DNA of 64,000 nt, taken from the NCBI RefSeq assembly GCF_037042905.1, contig NC_087247.1, positions 34,472,001 through 34,536,000 of the forward strand. Direction: 5' to 3'. Under the pieces are notes generated by a model. That model did not search any database, had not been told where the DNA came from, and was given only the letters and a program-made list of their open reading frames with translations. Each line of letters opens with the position of its first letter. Position 1 is the stretch's first letter. A program made the position numbers and the translations under genes. Shown here piece by piece: positions 1 through 12,223 of this stretch. This DNA comes from Lytechinus pictus. Its lineage: Eukaryota.

Positions 1-19
1 AATTTAAAATATTAACCAT

Positions 20-1930
20 AACAGGTAAAAGGCTACATGGCCTTGATCATTAAGGACCTGCCGCAATGGACCCGTTACTAACTTGTCAATCAACCCCAGT
101 GCTCGAACTGCTGCAAGGTATCGACTCATGCCAAGGTTCGTATGCACCGCTTTGAAAAGTAGGTTGTCCTCCCTGTGCTCCTCAAAAAATTCTTTGAGAT
201 GGTCAGAGATAGAAAATACCAGCACTGTTATGAAACACTATGTTAAATCTGTTCCCCTTGAATGGTGCAAGCGGAAAAGAGGTTATGTTTTTTTACTGCA
301 GGAATGAGCGGAATTGAAGGGGCTTTCCTGATTTCTCGCAACCCCAGTCCTGTACTGACTTGCAGACAGTCTGCACCTAACGCACTGTGCTACAACCAGA
401 CTCCACATGGACCCCACTGACTGCCTCAGCTCCCACTTTGTCTTCGCCAAAGATCATCCTTTCTCAGGCTTGGATAGCGAGAGCTGAGTAGTCTGCAAGA
501 CCAACCAAATAATGGAGGCCACAGTAAAAATCATTCATGGTTGCGAATTCGGCCTGCTCGTCTTTATTCATGTCATTCCACCCTTGAACGACGTGTGGTA
601 GAATGCTTGCTCTGTATTCCTTTAATAGTACATGTAGGTCATAAAACTTTTTTTTTGGCTATGTGGCGTTAGCTCATGGTATTCTTGATGTTTCCTATTA
701 TCTTTTCTTCCACCTATGTTGAGCCTGGTATGTCAGTGACTTCTTTCAATATGCTGATCAGAGTGTCTAGGGCTGTTTGGGCAGTCCCACCTTCACTCTC
801 TTGCATTCCAATGGTCATTGCTCTTGGTGTGCTACCATCATTGAACCTTTGTTCACATCAAATGAGGAGTAATGATGCCTGATTTTGTTGTTGCATCGCT
901 TGCAATGGTTAAATCCTCATTTTCTGCTAGAGTCGATGCCACTTGCACTTGAGAGATCTTACATGCTTCCAGACCTACATGTATGGTCGCTGCTGTAGAT
1001 TGCTTCGGGAGTCTGACATTCTCATATTGATGTCTGTTAGGCCCTCCAGGACAGTCCTGACCACACTCTCACATTTCGTCGTACTCACCCCATGCTTGGT
1101 TAATAGGTCCATGTAAACCTCTCTGAGTACGAGTATACATTTGCTTTATTTTGAATGTTGTTGGCTTCTCAAAGTCAACATCTACATTCAACTCTTCCTC
1201 CAAATCTCTAATTTGGGTGTTCAGTTGAGCTATCACAGCACATTTTGCTTTCAGCTCTAGTTCTTTCAATTTCCTTGAATTTTGCTCCCATTTTTGATTG
1301 GCGATATGATTTTGAAGTGCCCTTTTCTTATTCAGTTTCATGATAGTGTTCATATTCTTCTCTGCCTCTTTTTCTGTGCTGCTCGGAACTTTCCACGTAG
1401 CTTTAACAGCTCGCTCTGGCAGTGCAGCAACATGCATTCAGTATGCTTTTTCTGTACCAGATTATTAGTACTGCCTGTTACAGCACTAGCAGTAGTCGTA
1501 GTGGTACCACTACATGTAGATGTAGTAGAACTGATAGCAGGAGAAGCAGGATCAGGGATTGAAGATTTATCTCATCTTCAATTGCCTCTCTTGCCTTTTT
1601 AAGGCAATGTTAGCTTTTCTTAACTCCTGACTTCTTTTTAAGAAGTATTCCTGCACCTCCATGCATTTGCTACTGCTCTGGTATTCTGTCAAATTCTGTC
1701 CTGTGCCTCAGCTAATTCGAAAGCAAACCTGCCTTCTCGGCTTTAAGTATTGCGCGCTCTCTCTTTAAACGCTTGATCGCCTTTGCAGTCACTCCGACTC
1801 TGCCTAGTTCGGATTCACATATACTTAATCCTTACATCATCCAGCTCCAGCTTCAGCTTTTCATTTCATTGCTAGATGATTTTATTGTTTTCTCTAATTC
1901 TTCATTTTTAGTAGCAACCTTTAAGGTCAC
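20..1930 (-). pseudogene. Degenerate DDE transposase (CxxH type; hAT/P/MULE/Kolobok-like fold), N-terminal and core part, copy 1
   Basis: Minus-strand translation shows a coiled-coil region, LTIASDATTK (~886-915, putative first Asp), NIKNTMS*RH (~661-690, putative second Asp position is TAA), DFYCGLHYLVGLA (~495-532, CxxH) and RALGLIDKLVTGPL. Stops and frameshifts are present. Confidence 0.65.
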
Positions 1931-2838
1931 CTTGCCCTATGGAGGGGAAGGAAAAGGAAGATATCCGTCAATATACGTAATGACATTCAAGATCAAACAG
2001 AATTAAAACTAAATTATTCCAAATGATAATGTTAATAATAAATGTTAATAAACCTCGATTAAAATATTTAAACAATATAAGCATGATCAGATATTACAAT
2101 TATACATAATGCTTTGTCATTGAATATTTATTAGAGGAACATCTGATGATCTGTGCTAACTCTTCCATTGTCATGTCCATCTGCATCCCTCTTGGTGATG
2201 TCCGTCATGGTCATGTCAGTCTGTGTCCCAGTCTCGTCAATGGTCGTCCAGGTCACGTCAGTCTGCATCCCTGTGTCTTCCGTCTCGTCCAAGTACATCG
2301 TTGACACATCAGTCTGCATTCCAGTTGCCACCGTCGTCACCTGAGATGAAATAGAATATGAATGTTAAAAAAACATATAATCAATATAAAAATATAACTG
2401 TCTGCTAAGCGAAGAAAGCTGAAAAATGCCAACGCTGTCCTCGTCGCAGGACGATTTCATTTCTTTTGTATAAAGTTTCGTTTGATTAGACTTTATTTCA
2501 TTTCCTCATTTCAATACCAGAAGTGCACAAGTATAATCACTTTTCAATATTACAATCAGACATTTTCCATCATAGTGATGAACATAACATGATTCTTATT
2601 CTAATCATACTTGGAAAATTGTCTCCTTTATCTTTTTAATTGTAAAGCGTATGTTACTCTGAACTGAAAATATAAATACATACTGGTATAAACGTATATA
2701 TAACATATGTATATGATAAACATATTTCAAGAGTTCCTCGTCACTTTGTAAACTTGAAAGAACACATCCATATAAATGAAAATACTAATATTTAAAAAAA
2801 AAATTGTTTCTTTTTAAAACTATTCGTCATCACTCACC

Positions 2839-5710
2839 TGTTTGTCTTCGGGCAGTCATTGTCCGTCGTCATATATGTTCGAGTCTGTTGACTTTCTTTT
2901 CGTTGCTCTGTCCTCCCACAGCTGCTTCACGCGCTTGGCATATTCATCTCTCTGATTATTCACACTCTTTCGAGCATACTCCATCAACTTGTCACAGAAA
3001 GTCCCTTCCGCCATTCACTTGTCTTGTTTCTTACGCAAATAATGATGCTTTCTATCGCCATCATACCAGCAGCCAGCTTCATGTGAATCAGTCGATCCAA
3101 CATTCCAAAATCGCGCTCCACTCCTACATTGGTGTTTGGCACGCTTCTGGTCTCTCTGACTTCCTCCTCTTCCATTTCTGCATGCTTTCCTGACGGCAGG
3201 TGATCTTGAAGCATTTTCTCAGTTACCTGGCAAAAGGTAACAGAGCATTTCCAATTCCTGCTCTGTCATTGGATCAAAGTCGGTATTAGGGTGAGCCGGG
3301 TGACCAGTTCAATGAATATGGGATCTGAAGGGTCATGTCTGCCTTCAAACAGAACATCTTCACCACATATGAACTTACTCGCATCATGGCCCACTTTATT
3401 TAATTCAATTCAATAATGGTATTTATTTTACAAATTGACAAGTTCAACTGCATACATGGCGGCCAATTTGCTGAAATTTTAGCATGCTTACAAATACAAT
3501 AATTGTCTAACATATTACATTTCAAGTTAAAAGACAGTATACAGATAATTATAGCATGATACCATTCTATACATACAAACATTATAAGGAAAATAAATGT
3601 CATAAATTCTAAAAATCAGATTAATTCATTAATCAAAATTGCCTATAATATTAATTAAAAATTACTAATCCTAAAATTTAAGGCATCAATAAAAGACATC
3701 TCAACGAAAAAAAACATAAAGATTACATTAAAATAATGAGGTAAAATAGAGTAAAGGTGAAAGACTGATAAAAGATATTGCACAGACAGACATATTGAGA
3801 ATGAAATAATTACATTATTGTGAATTTACAATATTAATCATAAAAGGTAAAAGGCTACATGGCCTTGATCATTAAGGACCTGCCGCAATGGACCCGTTAC
3901 TAACTTGTCAATCAACCCCAGTGCTCGAACTGCTGCAAGGTATCGACTCATGCCAAGGTTCGTATGCACCGCTTTGAAAAGTAGGTTGTCCTCCCTGTGC
4001 TCCTCAAAAAATTCTTTGAGATGGTCAGAGATAGAAAATACCAGCACCGTTATGAAACACTATGTTAAATCTGTTCCCCTTGAATGGTGCAAGCGGAAAA
4101 GAGGTTATGTTTTTTTACTGCAGGAATGAGCGGAATTGAAGGGGCTTTCCTGATTTTTCGCAACCCCGGTCCTGTACTGACTTGCAGACAGTCTGCACCT
4201 AACGCACTGTGCCACAACCAGACTCCACATGGACCCCCTTGACTGCCTCAGCTCCCACTTTGTCTTCGCCAAAGATCATCCTTTCTCAGGCTTGGATAGC
4301 TAGAGCTGATTAGTCTGCAAGACCAACCAAATAATGGAGGCCACAGTAAAAATCATTTTTGGTTGCGAATTTGGCCTGCTCGTCTTTATTCATGTCATTC
4401 CACCCTTGAACGACGTGTGGTAGAATGCTTGCTCTGTATTCCTTTAATAGTACATGTAGGTCATAAAACTTTTTTTGGCTATGTGGTGTTAGCTCATGGT
4501 ATTCTTGATGTTTGCAATTATCTTTTCTACCAGCTATGTTGAGCCTGGCATGTCAGTGACTTCTTTCAATATGCTGATCAGAGTGTCTAGGGCTGTTTGG
4601 GCAGTCCCACCTTCACTCTCTTGCATTCCAATGGTCATTGCTCTTGGTGTGCTACCATCATTGAACCTTTGTTCACATCAAATGAGTAGTGATGCCTGAT
4701 TTTGTTGTTGCATCGCTTGCAATGGTTAAATCCTCAATTTCTGCTAGAGTCGATGCCACTTGCACTTGAGAGATCTTACATGCTTCCAGACCTATGGTGG
4801 CTGCTGTAGATTGCTTCGGGAGTCTGACATTCTCATATTGATGTCTGTTAGGCCCTCCAGGACAGTCCTGACCACACCCTCACATTTCGTCGTACTCACC
4901 CCATGCTTGGTTAATAGGTCCATGTAAACCTCTCTGAGTACGAGTATACATTTGCTTTATTTTGAATGTTGTTGGCTTCTCAAAGTCAACATCTACATTC
5001 AACTCTTCCTCCAAATCTCTAATTTGGGTGTTCAGTTGAGCTATCACAGCATATTTTGCTTTCAGCTCTTGGTTTTTTAAACTTCCTTGAATTTTGCTCC
5101 CGTTTTTGATTGGCGATATGATTTTGAAGTTTCATGATAGTGTTCATATTCTTCTCTGCCTCTCTTTCTGTGCTGCTCGGAACTTTCCACGTAGCTTTAA
5201 CAGCTCGCTCTGGCAGTGCAGCAACATGCATTCAGTATGCTTTTTCTGTACCAGATTATTAGTACTGCCTGTTACAGCACTAGCAGTAGTTGTAGTGGTA
5301 CCACTACATGTAGATGTAGTAGAACTGATAGCAGGAGAAGCAGGATCAGGGATTGAAGATTATCTCATCTTCAATTGCCTCTCTTGCCTTTTTAAGGCAA
5401 TGTTAGCTTTTCTTAACACCTGACTTCTTTTTAAGAGGGTATTCCTGCACCTCCGTGCATTTGCTACTGCTCTGGTATTCTGTCAAATACTGTCCTGTGC
5501 CTCAGCTAATTCGGAAGCAAACCTGCCTTCTCGGCTTCAAGCATTGCGCGCTCTCTCTTTAAATGCTTGATCGCCTTTGCAGTCATGCCGACTCTGCCCA
5601 GTTTTGATTTATACTTAATCCTTACATCATCCAGCTTCAGATTTTTATTTTCATTGCTAGATGATTTTATTGTTTTCTCTAATCCTTCATTTTTAGTTGC
5701 AACCTTTCAA
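2839..5710 (-). pseudogene. Degenerate DDE transposase, copy containing the D, D, CxxH and E motifs
   Basis: Same motifs as copy 1, then an AT-rich intron-like spacer (~3400-3840), then SVPNTNVGVERDFGMLD (ORF 2984..3214; hAT-like ERxF motif carrying the putative catalytic Glu). Ends at donor-like CAG|GTGAGT at ~2838. Confidence 0.65.
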
Positions 5711-6579
5711 GGTCACTTTACCCGATGAAGGGGAAGGAAAAGGAAGATATCCGTCAATATACGTAATGACATTCAAGATCAAACAGAATTAAAACTAAAT
5801 TATTCAAAATGATAATGTTAATACTAAATGTTAATAAACCTCAATTAAAATATTTAAACAATATAAACATGATCAGATATTACAATTATACTTAATGCTT
5901 TGACATTGAATATTTATTAGAGGAACATCTGATGATCCGTGCTAACTCTTCCATTGTCATGTCCGTCTGCGTCCCTGTCTCGTCAATGGCCGTCCAGGTC
6001 ACGTCAGTCTGCATCCCTGTGTCTTCCGTCTCGTCCACGTACATCATTGACACATCAGTCTGTGTTCCAGTAATTGCCACCGTCCTCACCTGAGATGAAA
6101 TAGAATATGAATGTGGATGTTAAAAAAACATATAATCAATATAAAAATACAACTGTCTGCTAAGCGAAGAAAGCTGAAAAATGCCAACGCTGTCCTCATC
6201 GCAGGACAATTTCATTTCTTTTGTATAAAGTTTCATTTGATTTGACTTCATTTCATTTCCACTTTTGAATACCAGAAGTGAAAATCATTTTTCAATATTA
6301 CAGACATTTTCCATCATAGTGATGAACATAACATGATTCTTATTCTAATCATACTTAGAAAATTGTCTCCTTTATCTTTTTAATTGTAAAAATATATGTT
6401 AGTCTGAACTGAAAATATAAATAGTGGTAAAAACTTATATGTAACATATGTATATAATAAACATATTTCAAGAGTTCCTCGTCACTTTGTAAACTTGAAA
6501 GAACACATCCATATAAATGAAGATACTAATATTATAAAAAATAATTGTTTCTTTTTAAAACTACTCGTCATCACTCACC

Positions 6580-9490
6580 TGTTTGTCCTCGGGCAGTCAT
6601 TGTCCGTCGTCATATATGTTCGCGTCTGTTGACTTTCTTTTCGTTGCTCTGTCCTCACACAGCTGCTTCACGCGCTTGGCATATTCATCTCTCTGATTAT
6701 TCACACTCTTTCGAGCATACTCCATCAACTTGTCACAGAAAGTCCCTTCCGCCATTCACTTGTCTTGTTTCTTACGCAAATAATGATGCTTTCTATCGCC
6801 ATCATACCAGCAGCCAGCTTCATGTGAATCAGTCGATCGAACATTCCAAAATCGCACTCCACTCCTACATTGGTTTTTGGCACGCTTCTGGTCTCTCTGA
6901 CTTCCTCCTCTTCCATTTCTGCATGCTTTCCTGACGGCAGGTGATCTTGAAGCATTTTCTCAGTTACCTGGCAAAAGGTAACAGAGCATTTCCAATTCCT
7001 GCTCTGTCATTGGATCAAAGTCGGTATTAGGGTATGCCGGGTGACCAGTTCAATGAATATGGGATCTGAAGGGTCATGTCTGCCTTCAAACAGAACATCT
7101 TCACCACATATGAATTTACTCGCATCACGTGCCCACTTTATTTAATTCAATTCAATAATGGTATTTATTTTACAATTTGACAAGTTCAACTGCATACATG
7201 GCAGCCGAATTGCTGAAATTTTAGCATGCTTACACATACAATAATTGTCCAACATATTACATTTCAAGTTAAAATACAGTATACAGATAATTATAGCATG
7301 ATACCATTATATACATACAAACATTATAAGGAAAATAAATGTCATAAATTCTAAAAATCAGATTAATTCATTAATCAAAATTGCATATAATATTGATTAA
7401 AAATTACTAATCCTAAAATTTAAGACATTAATAAAAGACATCTCAACGAAAGAAACATAAAGATTACATTAAAATAATGAGGTAAAATAAGAGTAAAGGT
7501 GAAATACTGATAAAAGATATTGCACAGACAGACATATTGAGAATGAAATAATTACATTATTGTGAATTTAAAATATTAACCATAACAGGTAAAAGGCTAC
7601 ATGGCCTTGATCATTAAGGACCTGCCGCAATGGACCCGTTACTAACTTGTCAATCAACCCCAGTGCTCGAACTGCTGCAAGGTATCGACTCATGCCAAGG
7701 TTCGTATGCACCGCTTTGAAAAGTAGGTTGTCCTCCCTGTGCTCCTCAAAAAATTCTTTGAGATGGTCAGAGATAGAAAATACCAGCACTGTTATGAAAC
7801 ACTATGTTAAATCTGTTCCCCTTGAATGGTGCAAGCGGAAAAGAGGTTATGTTTTTTTACTGCAGGAATGAGCGGAATTGAAGGGGCTTTCCTGATTTCT
7901 CGCAACCCCAGTCCTGTACTGACTTGCAGACAGTCTGCACCTAACGCACTGTGCTACAACCAGACTCCACATGGACCCCACTGACTGCCTCAGCTCCCAC
8001 TTTGTCTTCGCCAAAGATCATCCTTTCTCAGGCTTGGATAGCGAGAGCTGAGTAGTCTGCAAGACCAACCAAATAATGGAGGCCACAGTAAAAATCATTC
8101 ATGGTTGCGAATTCGGCCTGCTCGTCTTTATTCATGTCATTCCACCCTTGAACGACGTGTGGTAGAATGCTTGCTCTGTATTCCTTTAATAGTACATGTA
8201 GGTCATAAAACTTTTTTTTTGGCTATGTGGCGTTAGCTCATGGTATTCTTGATGTTTCCTATTATCTTTTCTTCCACCTATGTTGAGCCTGGCATGTCAG
8301 TGACTTCTTTCAATATGCTGATCAGAGTGTCTAGGGCTGTTTGGGCAGTCCCACCTTCACTCTCTTGCATTCCAATGGTCATTGCTCTTGGTGTGCTACC
8401 ATCATTGAACCTTTGTTCACATCAAATGAGGAGTAATGATGCCTGATTTTGTTGTTGCATCGCTTGCAATGGTTAAATCCTCATTTTCTGCTAGAGTCGA
8501 TGCCACTTGCACTTGAGAGATCTTACATGCTTCCAGACCTACATGTATGGTCGCTGCTGTAGATTGCTTCGGGAGTCTGACATTCTCATATTGATGTCTG
8601 TTAGGCCCTCCAGGACAGTCCTGACCACACTCTCACATTTCGTCGTACTCACCCCATGCTTGGTTAATAGGTCCATGTAAACCTCTCTGAGTACGAGTAT
8701 ACATTTGCTTTATTTTGAATGTTGTTGGCTTCTCAAAGTCAACATCTACATTCAACTCTTCCTCCAAATCTCTAATTTGGGTGTTCAGTTGAGCTATCAC
8801 AGCACATTTTGCTTTCAGCTCTAGTTCTTTCAATTTCCTTGAATTTTGCTCCCATTTTTGATTGGCGATATGATTTTGAAGTGCCCTTTTCTTCTTATTC
8901 AGTTTCATGATAGTGTTCATATTCTTCTCTGCCTCTTTTTCTGTGCTGCTCGGAACTTTCCACGTAGCTTTAACAGCTCGCTCTGGCAGTGCAGCAACAT
9001 GCATTCAGTATGCTTTTTCTGTACCAGATTATTAGTACTGCCTGTTACAGCACTAGCAGTAGTCGTAGTGGTACCACTACATGTAGATGTAGTAGAACTG
9101 ATAGCAGGAGAAGCAGGATCAGGGATTGAAGATTTATCTCATCTTCAATTGCCTCTCTTGCCTTTTTAAGGCAATGTTAGCTTTTCTTAACTCCTGACTT
9201 CTTTTTAAGAAGTATTCCTGCACCTCCATGCATTTGCTACTGCTCTGGTATTCTGTCAAATTCTGTCCTGTGCCTCAGCTAATTCGAAAGCAAACCTGCC
9301 TTCTCGGCTTTAAGTATTGCGCGCTCTCTCTTTAAACGCTTGATCGCCTTTGCAGTCACTCCGACTCTGCCTAGTTCAGATTCACATATACTTAATCCTT
9401 ACATCATCCAGCTCCAGCTTCAGCTTTTCATTTCATTGCTAGATGATTTTATTGTTTTCTCTAATTCTTCATTTTTAGTTGCAACCTTTA
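6580..9490 (-). pseudogene. Degenerate DDE transposase, further tandem copy
   Basis: ORFs 6725..6955, 7568..7789 and 8633..9004 repeat the motifs and carry the same stop at NTMS*. Confidence 0.62.
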
Positions 9491-12099
9491 AGGTCACCTT
9501 GCCCTATGGAGGGGAAGGAAAAGGAAGATATCCGTCAATATACGTAATGACATTCAAGATCAAACAGAATTAAAACTAAATTATTCCAAATGATAATGTT
9601 AATAATAAATGTTAATAAACCTCGATTAAAATATTTAAACAATATAAGCATGATCAGATATTACAATTATACATAATGCTTTGTCATTGAATATTTATTA
9701 GAGGAACATCTGATGATCTGTGCTAACTCTTCCATTGTCATGTCCATCTGCATCCCTCTTGGTGATGTCCGTCATGGTCATGTCAGTCTGTGTCCCAGTC
9801 TCGTCAATGGTCGTCCAGGTCACGTCAGTCTGCATCCCTGTGTCTTCCGTCTCGTCCAAGTACATCGTTGACACATCAGTCTGCATTCCAGTTGCCACCG
9901 TCGTCACCTGAGATGAAATAGAATATGAATGTTAAAAAAACATATAATCAATATTATCAAAATACAACTGTCTGCTAAGCGAAGAAAGCTGAAAAATGCC
10001 AACGCTGTCCTCATCGCAGGACAATTTAATTTCTTTTGTATAAAGTTTCATTTGATTTTACTTAATTTGATTTCCACATTTGAATACCAAAAGTGCACAA
10101 GTATAATAATTTTTCAATATTACAATCAGACATTTTCCATCATAGTGATGAACATAACATGATTCTTATTCTAATCATACTTGGAAAATTGTCTCCTTTA
10201 TCTTTTTAATTGTAAAGCGTATGTTACTCTGAACTGAAAATATAAATACTGGTATAAACGTATATATAACATATGTATATGATAAACATATTTCAAGAGT
10301 TCCTCGTCACTTTGTAAACTTGAAAGAACACATCCATATAAATGAATATACTAATATTATAACAAATAATTGTTTCTTTTTAAAACTAATCGTCATCACT
10401 CACCTGTTTGTCCTGCTTGTCCTCGGGCAGTCGTTGTCCGTTGTCATATATGTTCGAGTCTGTTGACTTTTTCTTTTCGTTGCTCTGTCCTCCCACAGCT
10501 GCTTCACGCGCTTGGCGTATTCATCTCCTGATTATTCACACTCTTCGAGCATACTCTATCAACTTGTCACAGAAAGTCCCTTCCGATATTCACTTGTCTT
10601 GTTTCTTACGCACATAATGATGCATTTTATCGCCATCATATTAGCTTCATGTGAATCAGTCGATCCAACATTCCACAATCGCGCTCCACTCCTACATTGG
10701 TTTTTGGCGTGCTTCTGGTCTCTCTGACTTCCTCCTCTTCCATTTCTGCATGCTTTCCTGACGGCAGGTGATCTTAAAGCATTTTCTCAGTTACCCAGTA
10801 AAAGTTAACAAAGAGCACTTCTAATACCTACTTGGTCATGAGTGGCCAGTGCAATATGGGATCTGAAGGGTCATGTCTGCCTTCAAATAGAACATCTTCA
10901 CCACACATGAACTTGTATCACTTGCCCACTTTATTCAATTCAATTCAATAATGGTATTTTTTTGACAATTTGGCAAGTTCAATTGCATATATGGCAGCCA
11001 AATGGCTGAAATTTTAGCATGCTTACAAATACAATAATTGTCCAACATATTGCATTTCAAGTTAAAAGACAGTATACAGATAATTATAGCATGATATCAT
11101 TATATACATGTACATACAAACATTATGAGGAAAATGAATTTCATTATAAATTTTAAAAATCAAATTGATTCATCAATCAAAATTGCATATAATATTTATT
11201 AAAAATTACCAATCCTAAAATTTAACACATTAATAAAAACATCTTAACAAAAAGCATAAATTACATTAAAATAATGAGGTAATGCCCGATGCCACCACTT
11301 GTCATGGGAACATCTTCACCAGCTGCTTGATGTCCAACTTTGAACACTATTTGCTTACATTCATGTCACTCTCCTGCTTTTTGGAATTATTCCTTTTCAT
11401 TGCAGTTTTGATGCAATTTTGATGCCTAAAATAGGTTTCTAGCAGCCTCTGAACTTTTTTCCCCAAATTTCAATTTCGCTCTAAGCATGAGATATCACTT
11501 GGGGGAAAAAATGGAGACCTATTATTGAGTTCATGTGCTCCTATTGTTACGCTAGGCCTGCGCACAAAACAGGTTTCATAGGACATGCAAAAGGCATATG
11601 AAAACTGTTGTTCTTAGTGGAAAATCTTAGTGGAAAAAGTGGGATAAAGCAAACAAGTTTTAGTAACCATGCTGCGTTGGCGTTCAGGAATCTTGGTAGT
11701 GTGATACATCTGCTAGCTTATTTGTACTATTATTTTGTTCCATGGTATAGAATCTATTTTAGAAATTATTTGTGATGATACAAATCAAGAGAGGCAAGCA
11801 GAATGGTGGACCAGTTTCAAAAGAGGTGGTTGATATGTGGTTGATTCACTATACACCCTGGTTTTCCGCATTTCCTATCATGGATCATGCTCTAAAAAGT
11901 GTTTCATTTGCTATGTTTATATTTCTTCAAAAATAATTATTTTTAGAATGATTATAAAAAAAAGGATTTTAAGTAAATTCTGATTTTATCTCGACATGTT
12001 TTCTATTAATGTCTCCTGCAGTCTTGGATCAGCTTTGTGCATGGATGCCAATTTGTTTTCATCAGTATACCAGCTTTGGTGATGTGGTAGATAGCTAGC

Positions 12100-12223
12100 A
12101 TGATGTCAGGTCAACATGGGAAGGAGGAAGAGGGAAAGACTACACAATCAAATCCCAATGCTTTGAAACCGTGGCACCAAATGGTTGCCTCTGGCAGTGG
12201 GGCCCTCATCACTGCTATAACAA
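12100..12223 (+). CDS. SLC25A40: SLC25A39/40 coding exon 1
   Basis: MMSGQH…[18 protein letters not shown], donor GTAAGA; upstream acceptor ctcctgcag ending at 12021. Confidence 0.88.

Larger units (their letters stand above)
1..11280. repeat. Tandem macro-repeat, ~3.75-3.82 kb unit (copies begin at 1, ~3823, 7565); runs off the left window edge
   Basis: The same sequence and ORFs recur (4..225, 3838..4047, 7568..7789; 676..882, 4496..4699, 8240..8446). Similarity to the unit stops abruptly at ~11280 (…aataatgaggt|aatgcccgat). Confidence 0.97.

Noticed and set aside
83-10727. Plus-strand ORFs repeated in the tandem array (e.g. 676..882, 1282..1602, 2804..3193)
   Set aside because: Antisense shadows of the minus-strand transposase remnant; no motifs of their own.
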